Below, in pieces: positions 36,534 through 53,649 of a stretch of DNA of 64,000 nt; positions within the stretch are counted from its first letter, which is position 1; every line of letters starts with the position of its first letter. The notes under the pieces were generated by a model. The model had not been told where the DNA came from, did not search any database, and saw nothing but the letters and a program-made list of their open reading frames with translations. This stretch comes from Eledone cirrhosa (taxonomy: Eukaryota). Location of the stretch: NCBI GenBank assembly GCA_964016885.1, contig OZ024740.1, positions 420,670,001-420,734,000 on the forward strand. The letters run 5' to 3'. Position numbers and translations under genes: made by a program.

Positions 36534-36799
36534 CAGTGGTCACAATCATGTAGTTCACAAACTATGGCTTACAGCAGAAAATTTGTCCCCTAAATTTTGT
36601 ACTAATTCTCATATCCCACTTACTATTATATGTGTATTTATTTTGATTAAAAAACAAAAGCAGCTTATAAGCTGTAATGCAGATTAACTTTATAATTGGG
36701 GGAAATCACAACCCACTCCTTCTCAATTTCACTTTTGGCCCACTGTGCACTGCCCCAGGATGTAATGGCCCTTTTTAGTCCCTGAGTTTGAGACCCCTG
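36534..36799. mobile_element. hAT (Charlie/Buster-like) MITE remnant
   Basis: Ends CAGTGGTCACAA ... GAGTTTGAGACCCCTG with imperfect 8-bp flanks aattaaag / acttaaaa. Confidence 0.45.
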
Positions 36800-38472
36800 A
36801 CTTAAAAGGCCTTTGAAGAAATACTAAAATTACATTTTACAAGTTACATGTTCTATTGTTATAAAAGCAAGGCTAAATGGCTGAGGTTACTAAGCAGTAA
36901 AACAGGGTTTCAAGTTGCAGTTAACTGTAGCTATTATTCTCCCAGAATACTTTATTTTATTAGATTTAATTCAATGGGAATAGCTTGGAGAATTTCTGGG
37001 AAAGTTATTTATACTAGAAAAGAGGCTTCTCCTAAGATGGAAGTGGAGCTAAACAGTAGTCCATGTGAGCTGATAATTTCTCTGAAAACTAGTCCTGACA
37101 ACATTCAACAGCTTTCATTTCAGACATGTTTCAAACATAAAATTGAATTACTAAATCTTTCAACAAACATTCTTTTCACTTTTTAATTCAATTATATAAA
37201 ATCTGATAGCAGCAAAAACAAAAAAGAACAACAACTTAGTTTCAGGGAATCTACAAGGGAAAACAAATATGTCTCGACTAAAAGATAAAAGCAAGACATA
37301 ATGGTAAGAATAGTTATTCCAATAGTTAATATCAGGCTTTAGGTAGCACAATGACATTTCCATGTAGCTAAACCAAAAGAAAAATAATAAAAGAAACAAG
37401 TTTTCACATAAAGATTTTAAAAAAAAAAAAATCTATGCCAAAACAAAAGTGAGCAAACAGGACAGCCCTAAAATTTAATCTACTTAAAATCTAGTGTGGC
37501 CTACTCAAGATTTGTTTCATGACTGTTGACATTCAACACAGTAATTCACAGTACAGAGCTATTTGTTTGCCATTTGGAAATTTGTTATATTTGACAGTAT
37601 TTTAGGTTTTTCAGAAAACACAGAGGTTAAAGAAGAATATCAGTAAATTAGTGGAATAAATTGGTTGTTGACATTTTCAGATAGGTTCACGTCAACCGAA
37701 TATCAAGTAATGAGTCAAGATATGACATAAAGATATCTCCGTAACTAGTCAAACTTTAATGATACTGTTTGTTTTAAACTTATATCCTGTTTTATCATAA
37801 GTGAAATATAGTATATAACAAAATATGTGCAATGATACAACCCCTTAAATACAAAAATGGTTATTTCTATGTTTGGTGACAGTTAAATTGATTTCCATGT
37901 GAAAGATTCTGCCAGATTTAAAAGTTACTGTATAATAAGTTACTTCTGGCGTCACGCAGTAATACAGAGTACCCGACCTCCCATGGCTACAAGCTGAAGC
38001 ATATAGACAATATGCCCCAACACACCCCACCGCAAGGTGGGCGTGGAGGTGCCACGGCAAAAAAGCACCCAGCCTACACTGTAAAGTGGACGTGTAGGCG
38101 CCACGAAAAAGCACCCAGCACTCACTGTAAATGAGGTTGGTGTTAGGAAGGGCATCCAGCTGTAGAAATAAAGCCAAATCAGTTCCTGTATGAGCAAGGC
38201 ATGGTCAGCCGACCAGACACTGACCACAACAGGACAATCCGTCTAACCCATGCTAGCGTGGAAGAACGGACGTAAAGCGGTAATGATGATGATGATGATG
38301 GTGAGCTACTATTTTACGCTTGAAAAATTGGCAAAAAATCCAACCCCTGTGTATAAGATAAGTCAGCTATTCAACATAATAGACTGAAAAGTGATAGGCT
38401 GATTATGAAGGAGTGACGCTAGAGCTCTGAAATCTTGCATACATCAATTTCGACTCTTATTAATAGAACTTC

Positions 38473-41400
38473 CTTACATAATGTTTTGTTTTACCAGATA
38501 CAGTACAAGGGTTGTGTCATTACATAATGTTTACCAGAGGTACAATACAAAGGTTGTATCATTACATAATGTTTTACCAGAGATACAATACAAAGGTTGT
38601 ATCATTACATAATGTTTTACCAGATACAATACAAGGGTTGTATCATTACATAATGTTTTACCAGATACAGTACAAGGGTTGTATCATTATATAATGTTTT
38701 ACCAGAGATACAATACAAGGGTTGTATCATTACATAATGTTTTACCAGAGATACAATACAAGGGTTGTATCATTACATAATGTTTTACAAGAGATAAAAT
38801 ACAAGGGTTGTATCATTACATAATGTTTTACCAGATACAATACAATGGTTGTATCATTACATAATGTTTTACCAGAGATACAATACAATGGTTGTATCAT
38901 TACATAATGTTTTACCAGATACAATACAAGGGTTGTATCATTACATAGTGTTTTACCAGAGATACAATACAAGGGTTGTATCATTACATAATGTTTTACC
39001 AGATACAATACAAGGGTTGTATCATTACATAATGTTTTACCAGAGATACAATACAAGGGTTGTATCATTACATAATGTTTTACCAGATACAATACAAGCG
39101 TTGTATCATTACATAATGTTTACCAGAGATACAATACAATGGTTGTATCATTACATAATGTTTTACCAGAGATACAATACAATGGTTGTATCATTACATA
39201 ATGTTTTACCAGAGATACAATACAAGGGTTGTATCATTACATAATGTTTTACCAGATACAATACAAGGGTTGTATCATTACATAATGTTTTACCAGAGAT
39301 ACAATACAAGGGTTGTATCATTACATAATGTTTTACCAGAGATACAATACAAGGGTTGTATCATTACATAATGTTTTACCAGATACAATACAAGGGTTGT
39401 ATCATTACATAATGTTTTACCAGATACAATACAATGGTTGTATCATTACATAATGTTTTACCAGATACAATACAAGGGTTGTATCATTACATAATGTTTT
39501 ACCAGAGATACAATACAATGGTTGTATCATTACATAATATTTTACCAGATACAATACAAGGGTTGTATCATTACATAATGTTTTACCAGATACAATACAA
39601 TGGTTGTATCATTACATAATGTTTTACCAGATACAATACAATGGTTGTATCATTACATAATGTTTTACCAGAGATACAATACAATGGTTGTATCATTACA
39701 TAATGTTTTACCAGATACAATACAAGGGTTGTATCATTACATAATGTTTTACCAGAGATACAATACAATGGTTGTATCATTACATAATGTTTTACCAGAT
39801 ACAATACAAGGGTTGTATCATTACATAATGTTTTACCAGATACAATACAATGGTAGTATCATTACATAATGTTTTACCAGAGATACAATACAAGGGTTGT
39901 ATCATTACATAATGTTTTACCAGAGATACAATACAAGGGTTGTATCATTACATAATGTTTTACCAGATACAATACAATGGTTGTATCATTACATAATGTT
40001 TTACCAGATACAGTACAATGGTTGTATCATTACATAATGTTTTACCAGAGATACAATACAATGGTTGTATTATTACATAATGTTTTACCAGATACAATAC
40101 AAGGGTTGTATCATTACATAATGTTTTACCAGAGATACAATACAAGGGTTGTATCATTACATAATGTTTTACCAGATACAATACAAGGGTTGTATCATTA
40201 CATAATGTTTTACCAGATACAATACAAGGGTTGTATCATTACATAATGTTTTACCAGAGATACAATACAAAGGTTGTATCATTACATAATGTTTTACCAG
40301 ATACAATACAATGGTTGTATCATTACATAATGTTTTACCAGAGATACAATACAATGGTTGTATCATTACATAGTGTTTTACCAGAGATACAATACAAGGG
40401 TTGTATCATTACATAATGTTTTACCAGAGATACAATACAAGGGTTGTATCATTACATAATGTTTTACCAGAGATACAATACAAGGGTTGTATCATTACAT
40501 AATCTTTTCACGGAGATACAATACAATGGTTGTATCATTACATAATGTTTTACCAGATACAACACAATGGTTGTATCATTACATAATGTTTTACCAGATA
40601 CAATACAAGGGTTGTATCATTACATAGTGTTTTACCAGAGATACAATACAAGGGTTGTGTCATTACATAATGTTTTACCAGAGATACAATACAAGGGTTG
40701 TATCATTACATAATGTTTTACCAGATATACAATACAGTGGTTGTATCATTACATAATGTTTTACCAGAGATACAATACAAGGGTTGTATCATTACATAAT
40801 GTTTACCAGATACAATACAAGGGTTGTATCATTACATAATGTTTTACCAGAGATACAATACAAGGGTTGTATCATTACATAATGTTTTACCAGATACAAT
40901 ACAATGGTAGTATCATTACATAATGTTTTACCAGAGATACAATACAAGGGTTGTATCATTACATAATGTTTTACCAGATACAATACAAGGGTTGTATCAT
41001 TACATAATGTTTTACCAGATACAATACAAGGGTTGTATCATTACATAATGTTTTACCAGATACAATACAAGGGTTGTATCATTACATAATGTTTTACCAG
41101 ATACAATACAAGGGTTGTATCATTACATAATGTTTTACTAGATACAATACAAGGGTTGTATCATTACATAATGTTTTACCAGAGATACAATACAAGGGTT
41201 GTATCATTACATAATGTTTTACTAGATACAATACAAGGGTTGTATCATTACATATTGTTTTACTAGATACAATACAAGGGTTGTATCATTACATAATGTT
41301 TTACCAGATACAATACAAGGGTTGTATCATTACATGATGTTTTACCAGATACAATACAGGGGTTGTATCATTACATAATGTTTTACCAGATACAGTACAG

Positions 41401-44400
41401 TGGTTGTATCATTACATAATGTTTTACCAGATACAATACAAGGGTTGTATCATTACATAATGTTTTACCAGATATAGTACAAGGGCTTTGTCATTACATA
41501 ATGTTTTACCATATACAATACAATGGTTGTATCATTACATAATGTTTTACTAGATACAATACAAGGGTTGTATCATTACATAATGTTTTACCAGAGATAC
41601 AATACAAGGGTTGTATCATTACATAATGTTTTACCAGAGATACAATACAAGGGTTGTATCATTACATAATGTTTTACCAGAGATACAATACAAGGGTTGT
41701 ATCATTACATAATGTTTTACCAGATATACAATACAGTGGTTGTATCATTACATAATGTTTTACCAGAGATACAATACAAGGGTTGTATCATTACATAATG
41801 TTTACCAGATACAATACAAGGGTTGTATCATTACATAATGTTTTACCAGAGATACAATACAAGGGTTGTATCATTACATAATGTTTTACCAGATACAATA
41901 CAATGGTAGTATCATTACATAATGTTTTACCAGAGATACAATACAAGGGTTGTATCATTACATAATGTTTTACCAGATACAATACAATGGTAGTATCATT
42001 ACATAATGTTTTACCAGAGATACAATACAAGGGTTGTATCATTACATAATGTTTTACCAGATACAATACAAGGGTTGTATCATTACATAATGTTTTACCA
42101 GAGATACAATACAAGGGTTGTATCATTACATAATGTTTTACCAGATACAATACAAGGGTTGTATCATTACATAATGTTTTACCAGATACAATACAAGGGT
42201 TGTATCATTACATAATGTTTTACCAGAGATACAATACAAAGGTTGTATCATTACATAATGTTTTACCAGATACAATACAATGGTTGTATCATTACATAAT
42301 GTTTTACCAGAGATACAATACAATGGTTGTATCATTACATAGTGTTTTACCAGAGATACAATACAAGGGTTGTATCATTACATAATGTTTTACCAGAGAT
42401 ACAATACAAGGGTTGTATCATTACATAATGTTTTACCAGAGATACAATACAAGGGTTGTATCATTACATAATCTTTTCACGGAGATACAATACAATGGTT
42501 GTATCATTACATAATGTTTTACCAGATACAACACAATGGTTGTATCATTACATAATGTTTTACCAGATACAATACAAGGGTTGTATCATTACATAGTGTT
42601 TTACCAGAGATACAATACAAGGGTTGTATCATTACATAATGTTTTACCAGAGATACAATACAAGGGTTGTATCATTACATAATGTTTTACCAGATATACA
42701 ATACAGTGGTTGTATCATTACATAATGTTTTACCAGAGATACAATACAAGGGTTGTATCATTACATAATGTTTACCAGATACAATACAAGGGTTGTATCA
42801 TTACATAATGTTTTACCAGAGATACAATACAAGGGTTGTATCATTACATAATGTTTTACCAGATACAATACAATGGTAGTATCATTACATAATGTTTTAC
42901 CAGAGATACAATACAAGGGTTGTATCATTACATAATGTTTTACCAGATACAATACAAGGGTTGTATCATTACATAATGTTTTACCAGATACAATACAAGG
43001 GTTGTATCATTACATAATGTTTTACCAGATACAATACAAGGGTTGTATCATTACATAATGTTTTACCAGATACAATACAAGGGTTGTATCATTACATAAT
43101 GTTTTACTAGATACAATACAAGGGTTGTATCATTACATAATGTTTTACCAGAGATACAATACAAGGGTTGTATCATTACATAATGTTTTACTAGATACAA
43201 TACAAGGGTTGTATCATTACATATTGTTTTACTAGATACAATACAAGGGTTGTATCATTACATAATGTTTTACCAGATACAATACAAGGGTTGTATCATT
43301 ACATGATGTTTTACCAGATACAATACAGGGGTTGTATCATTACATAATGTTTTACCAGATACAGTACAGTGGTTGTATCATTACATAATGTTTTACCAGA
43401 TACAATACAAGGGTTGTATCATTACATAATGTTTTACCAGATATAGTACAAGGGCTTTGTCATTACATAATGTTTTACCATATACAATACAATGGTTGTA
43501 TCATTACATAATGTTTTACTAGATACAATACAAGGGTTGTATCATTACATAATGTTTTACCAGAGATACAATACAAGGGTTGTATCATTACATAATGTTT
43601 TACCAGAGATACAATACAAGGGTTGTATCATTACATAATGTTTTACCAGAGATACAATACAAGGGTTGTATCATTACATAATGTTTTACCAGATATACAA
43701 TACAGTGGTTGTATCATTACATAATGTTTTACCAGAGATACAATACAAGGGTTGTATCATTACATAATGTTTACCAGATACAATACAAGGGTTGTATCAT
43801 TACATAATGTTTTACCAGAGATACAATACAAGGGTTGTATCATTACATAATGTTTTACCAGATACAATACAATGGTAGTATCATTACATAATGTTTTACC
43901 AGAGATACAATACAAGGGTTGTATCATTACATAATGTTTTACCAGATACAATACAAGGGTTGTATCATTACATAATGTTTACCAGATACAATACAAGGGT
44001 TGTATCATTACATAATGTTTTACCAGATACAATACAAGGGTTGTATCATTACATAATGTTTTACCAGATACAATACAAGGGTTGTATCATTACATATTGT
44101 TTTACTAGATACAATACAAGGGTTGTATCATTACATAATGTTTTACCAGATACAATACAAGGGTTGTATCATTACATGATGTTTTACCAGATACAATGCA
44201 GGGGTTGTATCATTACATAACGTTTTACCAGATACAGTACAGTGGTTGTATCATTACATAATGTTTTACCAGATACAATACAAGGGTTGTATCATTACAT
44301 AATGTTTTACCAGATATAGTACAAGGGCTTTGTCATTACATAATGTTTTACCATATACAATACAATGGTTGTATCATTACATAATGTTTTACCAGATACA

Positions 44401-47400
44401 ATACAAGGGTTGTATCATTACATAATGTTTTACCAGAGATACAATACAATGGTTGTATCATTACATAATGTTTACCAGAGATACAATACAAAGGTATCAT
44501 TACATAATGTTTTACCAGATACAATACAAGGGTTGTATCATTACATAATGTTTACCAGATACAATACAAGGGTTGTATCATTACATAATGTTTTATCAGA
44601 GATACAATACAATGGTTGTATCATTACATAATGTTTTACCAGAGATACAATACGATGGTTGTATCATTACATAATGTTTTACCAGAGATACAATACAAGG
44701 GTTGTATCATTACATAATGTTTTACCAGATACAATACAAGGGTTGTATCATTACATAATGTTTTACCAGATACAATACAATGGTTGTATCATTACATAAT
44801 GTTTTACCAGAGATACAATACAATGGTTGTATCATTACATAATGTTTTACCAGAGATACAATACAAGGGTTGTATCATTACATAAGTTTTTACCAGAGAT
44901 ACAATACAAGGGTTGTATCATTACATAATGTTTTACCAGAGATACAATACAAGGGTTGTATCATTACATAATGTTTTACCAGATACAGTACAGTGGTTGT
45001 ATCATTACATAATGTTTTACCAGAGATACAATACAAGGGTTGTATCATTACATAATGTTTTACCAGATACAATACAAGGGTTGTATCATTACATAATGTT
45101 TTACCAGATACAATACAAGGGTTGTATCATTACATAATGTTTTACCAGAGATACAATACAAGGGTTGTATCATTACATAATGTTTTACCAGATACAATAC
45201 AATGGTTGTATCATTACATAATGTTTTACCAGATACAATACAAGGGTTGTATCATTACATAATGTTTTACCAGATACAATACAATGGTTGTATCATTACA
45301 TAATGTTTTACCAGAGATACAATACAAGGGTTGTATCATTACATAATGTTTTACCAGATACAATACAAGGGTTGTATCATTACATAATGTTTTACCAGAT
45401 ACAATACAATGGTTGTATCATTACATAATGTTTTACCAGATACAATACAAGGGTTGTATCATTACATAATGTTTTACCAGATACAATACAAGGGTTGTAT
45501 CATTACATAATGTTTTACCAGATACAATACAATGGTAGTATCATTACATAATGTTTTACCAGAGATACAATACAAGGGTTGTATCATTACATAATGTTTT
45601 ACCAGAGATACAATACAAGGGTTGTATCATTACATAATGTTTTACCAGATACAATACAATGGTTGTATCATTACATAATGTTTTACCAGATACAGTACAA
45701 TGGTTGTATCATTACATAATGTTTTACCAGAGATACCATACAATGGTTCTATTATTACATAATGTTTTACCAGAGATACAATACAAGGGTTGTATCATTA
45801 CATAATGTTTTACCAGATACAATACAAGGGTTGTATCATTACATAATGTTTTACCAGATACAATACAAGGGTTGTATCATTACATAATGTTTTACCAGAG
45901 ATACAATACAAAGGTTGTGTCATTACATAATGTTTTACCAGAGATACGATACAAGGGTTGTATCATTACATAATCTTTTCACGGAGATACAATACAATGG
46001 TTGTATCATTACATAATGTTTTACCAGATACAACACAATGGTTGTATCATTACATAATGTTTTACCAGATACAATACAAGGGTTGTATCATTACATAGTG
46101 TTTACCAGAGATACAATACAAGGGTTGTATCATTACATAATGTTTTACCAGAGATACAATACAAGGGTTGTATCATTACATAATGTTTTACCACATATAC
46201 AATACAGTGGTTGTATCATTACATAATGTTTTACCAGAGATACAATACAAGGGTTGTATCATTACATAATGTTTACCAGATACAATACAAGGGTTGTATC
46301 ATTACATAATGTTTTACCAGAGATACAATACAAGGGTTGTATCATTACATAATGTTTTACCAGATACAATACAATGGTAGTATCATTACATAATGTTTTA
46401 CCAGAGATACAATACAAGGGTTGTATCATTACATAATGTTTACCAGATACAATACAAGGGTTGTATCATTACATAATGTTTTACCAGATACAATACAAGG
46501 GTTGTATCATTACATAATGTTTTACCAGATACAATACAAGGGTTGTATCATTACATAATGTTTTACTAGATACAATACAAGCGTTGTATCATTACATAAT
46601 GTTTTACCAGAGATACAATACAAGGGTTGTATCATTACATAATGTTTTACTAGATACAATACAAGGGTTGTATCATTACATATTGTGTTACTAGATACAA
46701 TACAAGGGTTGTATCATTACATAATGTTTTACCAGATACAATACAAGGGTTGTATCATTACATGATGTTTTACCAGATACAATACAGGGGTTGTATCATT
46801 ACATAATGTTTTACCAGATACAGTACAGTGGTTGTATCATTACATAATGTTTTACCAGATACAATACAAGGGTTGTATCATTACATAATGTTTTACCAGA
46901 TATAGTACAAGGGCTTTGTCATTACATAATGTTTCACCATATACAATACAATGGTTGTATCATTACATAATGTTTTACTAGATACAATACAAGGGTTGTA
47001 TCATTACATAATGTTTTACCAGAGATACAATACAAGGGTTGTATCATTACATAATGTTTTACCAGAGATACAATACAAGGGTTGTATCATTACATAATGT
47101 TTTACCAGAGATACAATACAAGGGTTGTATCATTACATAATGTTTTACCAGATATACAATACAAGGGTTGTATCATTACATAATGTTTTACCAGATACAA
47201 TACAAGGGTTGTATCATTACATAATGTTTTACCAGAGATACAATACAAAGGTTGTGTCATTACATAATGTTTTACCAGAGATACAATACAAGGGTTGTAT
47301 CATTACATAATCTTTTCACGGAGATACAATACAATGGTTGTATCATTACATAATGTTTTACCAGATACAACACAATGGTTGTATCATTACATAATGTTTT

Positions 47401-50400
47401 ACCAGATACAATACAAGGGTTGTATCATTACATAGTGTTTTACCAGAGATACAATACAAGGGTTGTATCATTACATAATGTTTTACCAGAGATACAATAC
47501 AAGGGTTGTATCATTACATAATGTTTTACCAGATATACAATACAGTGGTTGTATCATTACATAATGTTTTACCAGAGATACAATACAAGGGTTGTATCAT
47601 TACATAATGTTTACCAGATACAATACAAGGGTTGTATCATTACATAATGTTTTACCAGAGATACAATACAAGGGTTGTATCATTACATAATGTTTTACCA
47701 GATACAATACAATGGTAGTATCATTACATAATGTTTTACCAGAGATACAATACAAGGGTTGTATCATTACATAATGTTTTACCAGATACAATACAAGGGT
47801 TGTATCATTACATAATGTTTTACCAGATACAATACAAGGGTTGTATCATTACATAATGTTTTACCAGATACAATACAAGGGTTGTATCATTACATAATGT
47901 TTTACCAGATACAATACAAGGGTTGTATCATTACATAATGTTTTACTAGATACAATACAAGGGTTGTATCATTACATAATGTTTTACCAGAGATACAATA
48001 CAAGGGTTGTATCATTACATAATGTTTTACTAGATACAATACAAGGGTTGTATCATTACATATTGTTTTACTAGATACAATACAAGGGTTGTATCATTAC
48101 ATAATGTTTTACCAGATACAATACAAGGGTTGTATCATTACATGATGTTTTACCAGATACAATACAGGGGTTGTATCATTACATAATGTTTTACCAGATA
48201 CAGTACAGTGGTTGTATCATTACATAATGTTTTACCAGATACAATACAAGGGTTGTATCATTACATAATGTTTTACCAGATATAGTACAAGGGCTTTGTC
48301 ATTACATAATGTTTTACCATATACAATACAATGGTTGTATCATTACATAATGTTTTACTAGATACAATACAAGGGTTGTATCATTACATAATGTTTTACC
48401 AGAGATACAATACAAGGGTTGTATCATTACATAATGTTTTACCAGAGATACAATACAAGGGTTGTATCATTACATAATGTTTTACCAGAGATACAATACA
48501 AGGGTTGTATCATTACATAATGTTTTACCAGATATACAATACAGTGGTTGTATCATTACATAATGTTTTACCAGAGATACAATACAAGGGTTGTATCATT
48601 ACATAATGTTTACCAGATACAATACAAGGGTTGTATCATTACATAATGTTTTACCAGAGATACAATACAAGGGTTGTATCATTACATAATGTTTTACCAG
48701 ATACAATACAATGGTAGTATCATTACATAATGTTTTACCAGAGATACAATACAAGGGTTGTATCATTACATAATGTTTTACCAGATACAATACAAGGGTT
48801 GTATCATTACATAATGTTTACCAGATACAATACAAGGGTTGTATCATTACATAATGTTTTACCAGATACAATACAAGGGTTGTATCATTACATAATGTTT
48901 TACCAGATACAATACAAGGGTTGTATCATTACATATTGTTTTACTAGATACAATACAAGGGTTGTATCATTACATAATGTTTTACCAGATACAATACAAG
49001 GGTTGTATCATTACATGATGTTTTACCAGATACAATGCAGGGGTTGTATCATTACATAACGTTTTACCAGATACAGTACAGTGGTTGTATCATTACATAA
49101 TGTTTTACCAGATACAATACAAGGGTTGTATCATTACATAATGTTTTACCAGATATAGTACAAGGGCTTTGTCATTACATAATGTTTTACCATATACAAT
49201 ACAATGGTTGTATCATTACATAATGTTTTACCAGATACAATACAAGGGTTGTATCATTACATAATGTTTTACCAGAGATACAATACAATGGTTGTATCAT
49301 TACATAATGTTTACCAGAGATACAATACAAAGGTATCATTACATAATGTTTTACCAGATACAATACAAGGGTTGTATCATTACATAATGTTTACCAGATA
49401 CAATACAAGGGTTGTATCATTACATAATGTTTTATCAGAGATACAATACAATGGTTGTATCATTACATAATGTTTTACCAGAGATACAATACGATGGTTG
49501 TATCATTACATAATGTTTTACCAGAGATACAATACAAGGGTTGTATCATTACATAATGTTTTACCAGATACAATACAAGGGTTGTATCATTACATAATGT
49601 TTTACCAGATACAATACAATGGTTGTATCATTACATAATGTTTTACCAGAGATACAATACAATGGTTGTATCATTACATAATGTTTTACCAGAGATACAA
49701 TACAAGGGTTGTATCATTACATAAGTTTTTACCAGAGATACAATACAAGGGTTGTATCATTACATAATGTTTTACCAGAGATACAATACAAGGGTTGTAT
49801 CATTACATAATGTTTTACCAGATACAGTACAGTGGTTGTATCATTACATAATGTTTTACCAGAGATACAATACAAGGGTTGTATCATTACATAATGTTTT
49901 ACCAGATACAATACAAGGGTTGTATCATTACATAATGTTTTACCAGATACAATACAAGGGTTGTATCATTACATAATGTTTTACCAGAGATACAATACAA
50001 GGGTTGTATCATTACATAATGTTTTACCAGATACAATACAATGGTTGTATCATTACATAATGTTTTACCAGAGATACAATACAATGGTTGTATCATTACA
50101 TAATGTTTTACCAGAGATACAATACAAGGGTTGTATCATTACATAATGTTTTACCAGAGATACAATACAAGGGTTGTATCATTACATAATGTTTTACCAG
50201 ATACAATACAAGGGTTGTATCATTACATAATGTTTTACCAGATACAATACAAGGGTTGTATCATTACATAATGTTTTACCAGAGATACAATACAAGGGTT
50301 GTATCATTACATAATGTTTTACCAGATACAATACAATGGTTGTATCATTACATAATGTTTTACCAGAGATACAATACAATGGTTGTATCATTACATAATG

Positions 50401-53400
50401 TTTTACCAGAGATACAATACAAGGGTTGTATCATTACATAATGTTTTACCAGATACAATACAAGGGTTGTATCATTACATAATGTTTTACCAGATACAAT
50501 ACAATGGTTGTATCATTACATAATGTTTTACCAGAGATACAATACAAGGGTTGTATCATTACATAATGTTTTACCAGATACAATACAAGGGTTGTATCAT
50601 TACATAATGTTTTACCAGATACAATACAATGGTTGTATCATTACATAATGTTTTACCAGATACAATACAAGGGTTGTATCATTACATAATGTTTTACCAG
50701 ATACAATACAAGGGTTGTATCATTACATAATGTTTTACCAGATACAATACAATGGTAGTATCATTACATAATGTTTTACCAGAGATACAATACAAGGGTT
50801 GTATCATTACATAATGTTTTACCAGAGATACAATACAAGGGTTGTATCATTACATAATGTTTTACCAGATACAATACAATGGTTGTATCATTACATAATG
50901 TTTTACCAGATACAGTACAATGGTTGTATCATTACATAATGTTTTACCAGAGATACCATACAATGGTTCTATTATTACATAATGTTTTACCAGAGATACA
51001 ATACAAGGGTTGTATCATTACATAATGTTTTACCAGATACAATACAAGGGTTGTATCATTACATAATGTTTTACCAGATACAATACAAGGGTTGTATCAT
51101 TACATAATGTTTTACCAGAGATACAATACAAAGGTTGTGTCATTACATAATGTTTTACCAGAGATACGATACAAGGGTTGTATCATTACATAATCTTTTC
51201 ACGGAGATACAATACAATGGTTGTATCATTACATAATGTTTTACCAGATACAACACAATGGTTGTATCATTACATAATGTTTTACCAGATACAATACAAG
51301 GGTTGTATCATTACATAGTGTTTACCAGAGATACAATACAAGGGTTGTATCATTACATAATGTTTTACCAGAGATACAATACAAGGGTTGTATCATTACA
51401 TAATGTTTTACCACATATACAATACAGTGGTTGTATCATTACATAATGTTTTACCAGAGATACAATACAAGGGTTGTATCATTACATAATGTTTTACCAG
51501 AGATACAATACAAGGGTTGTATCATTACATAATGTTTACCAGATACAATACAAGGGTTGTATCATTACATAATGTTTTACCAGATACAATACAAGGGTTG
51601 TATCATTACATAATGTTTTACCAGATACAATACAAGGGTTGTATCATTACATAATGTTTTACTAGATACAATACAAGCGTTGTATCATTACATAATGTTT
51701 TACCAGAGATACAATACAAGGGTTGTATCATTACATAATGTTTTACTAGATACAATACAAGGGTTGTATCATTACATATTGTGTTACTAGATACAATACA
51801 AGGGTTGTATCATTACATAATGTTTTACCAGATACAATACAAGGGTTGTATCATTACATGATGTTTTACCAGATACAATACAGGGGTTGTATCATTACAT
51901 AATGTTTTACCAGATACAGTACAGTGGTTGTATCATTACATAATGTTTTACCAGATACAATACAAGGGTTGTATCATTACATAATGTTTTACCAGATATA
52001 GTACAAGGGCTTTGTCATTACATAATGTTTCACCATATACAATACAATGGTTGTATCATTACATAATGTTTTACTAGATACAATACAAGGGTTGTATCAT
52101 TACATAATGTTTTACCAGAGATACAATACAAGGGTTGTATCATTACATAATGTTTTACCAGAGATACAATACAAGGGTTGTATCATTACATAATGTTTTA
52201 CCAGAGATACAATACAAGGGTTGTATCATTACATAATGTTTTACCAGATATACAATACAAGGGTTGTATCATTACATAATGTTTTACCAGATACAATACA
52301 AGGGTTGTATCATTACATAATGTTTTACCAGATACAATACAGGGGTTGTATCATTACATAATGTTTTACCAGATACAATACAAGGGTTGTATCATTACAT
52401 AATGTTTTACCAGATACAATACAAGGGTTGTATCATTACATAATGTTTTACCAGATACAATACAAGGGTTGTATCATTACATAATGTTTACCAGATAAAA
52501 TACAAGGGTTGTATCATTACATAATGTTTACCAGATACAATACGATGGTTGTATCATTACATAATGTTTTACCAGATACAATACAAGGGTTGTATCATTA
52601 CATAATGTTTTACCAGATACAATACAAGGGTTGTATCATTACATAATGTTTTACCAGAGATACAATACAAGGGTTGTATCATTACATAATGTTTTACCAG
52701 ATACAATACAATGGTTGTATCATTACATAATGTTTTACCAGAGATACAATACAATGGTTGTATCATTACATAATGTTTTACCAGAGATACAATACAAGGG
52801 TTGTATCATTACATAAGGTTTTACCAGAGATACAATACAAGGGTTGTATCATTACATAATGTTTTACCAGAGATACAATACAAGGGTTGTATCATTACAT
52901 AATGTTTTACCAGATACAGTACAGTGGTTGTATCATTACATAATGTTTTACCAGAGATACAATACAAGGGTTGTATCATTACATAATGTTTCACCATATA
53001 CAATACAATGGTTGTATCATTACATAATGTTTTACCAGATATACAATACAAGGGTTGTATCATTACATAATGTTTTACCAGATACAATACAAGGGTTGTA
53101 TCATTACATGATGTTTTACCAGATACAATACAGGGGTTGTATCATTACATAATGTTTTACCAGATACAATACAAGGGTTGTATCATTACATAATGTTTTA
53201 CCAGATACAATACAAGGGTTGTATCATTACATAATGTTTTACCAGAGATACAATACAAGGGTTGTATCATTACATAATGTTTACCAGAGATACAATACAA
53301 GGGTTGTATCATTACATAATGTTTTACCACATACAGTACAAGGGCTTTGTCATTACATAATGTTTTACCAGAGATACAATACGAGGGTTGTATCATTACA

Positions 53401-53562
53401 TAATGTTTTACCAGAGATACAATACAAGGGTCGTATCATTACATAATGTTTTACCAGATACAATACAAGGGTCATATCATTACATAATGTTTTACCAGAT
53501 ACAGTATAAGGGTTGTATCATTACATAATGTTTTACCAGAGATACAATGCAAGGGTTGTGTC
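38473..53562. repeat. ~15-kb satellite of 41/43-bp units (~360 copies) with higher-order repeats
   Basis: Unit ttacataatgttttacca(ga)gatacaatacaagggttgtatca. Recurrent variant blocks are visible in the sequence and in the ORF track. Confidence 0.98.
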
Positions 53563-53649
53563 AAGACAATTCTCCCTCACATTAAAATCTAAATAAGTCC
53601 TCAAATATCAATTAAGAAAGCTAATTATATTTTCATTAGGACACAATAT

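Noticed and set aside
37690-37760. GDIF-containing frame considered as the missing DDAH 'GGDVLFTG' exon
   Set aside because: There is no surrounding similarity and no phase-1 donor, and the frame closes with a stop.
38512-53446. Repetitive ORFs in the 41/43-bp satellite, and a hammerhead-like look on its minus strand (ttgtat-CTGGTAA-...hairpin)
   Set aside because: Frames shift with unit length. The fold lacks a valid CUGANGA/UUGANAA core and the GAAA strand.
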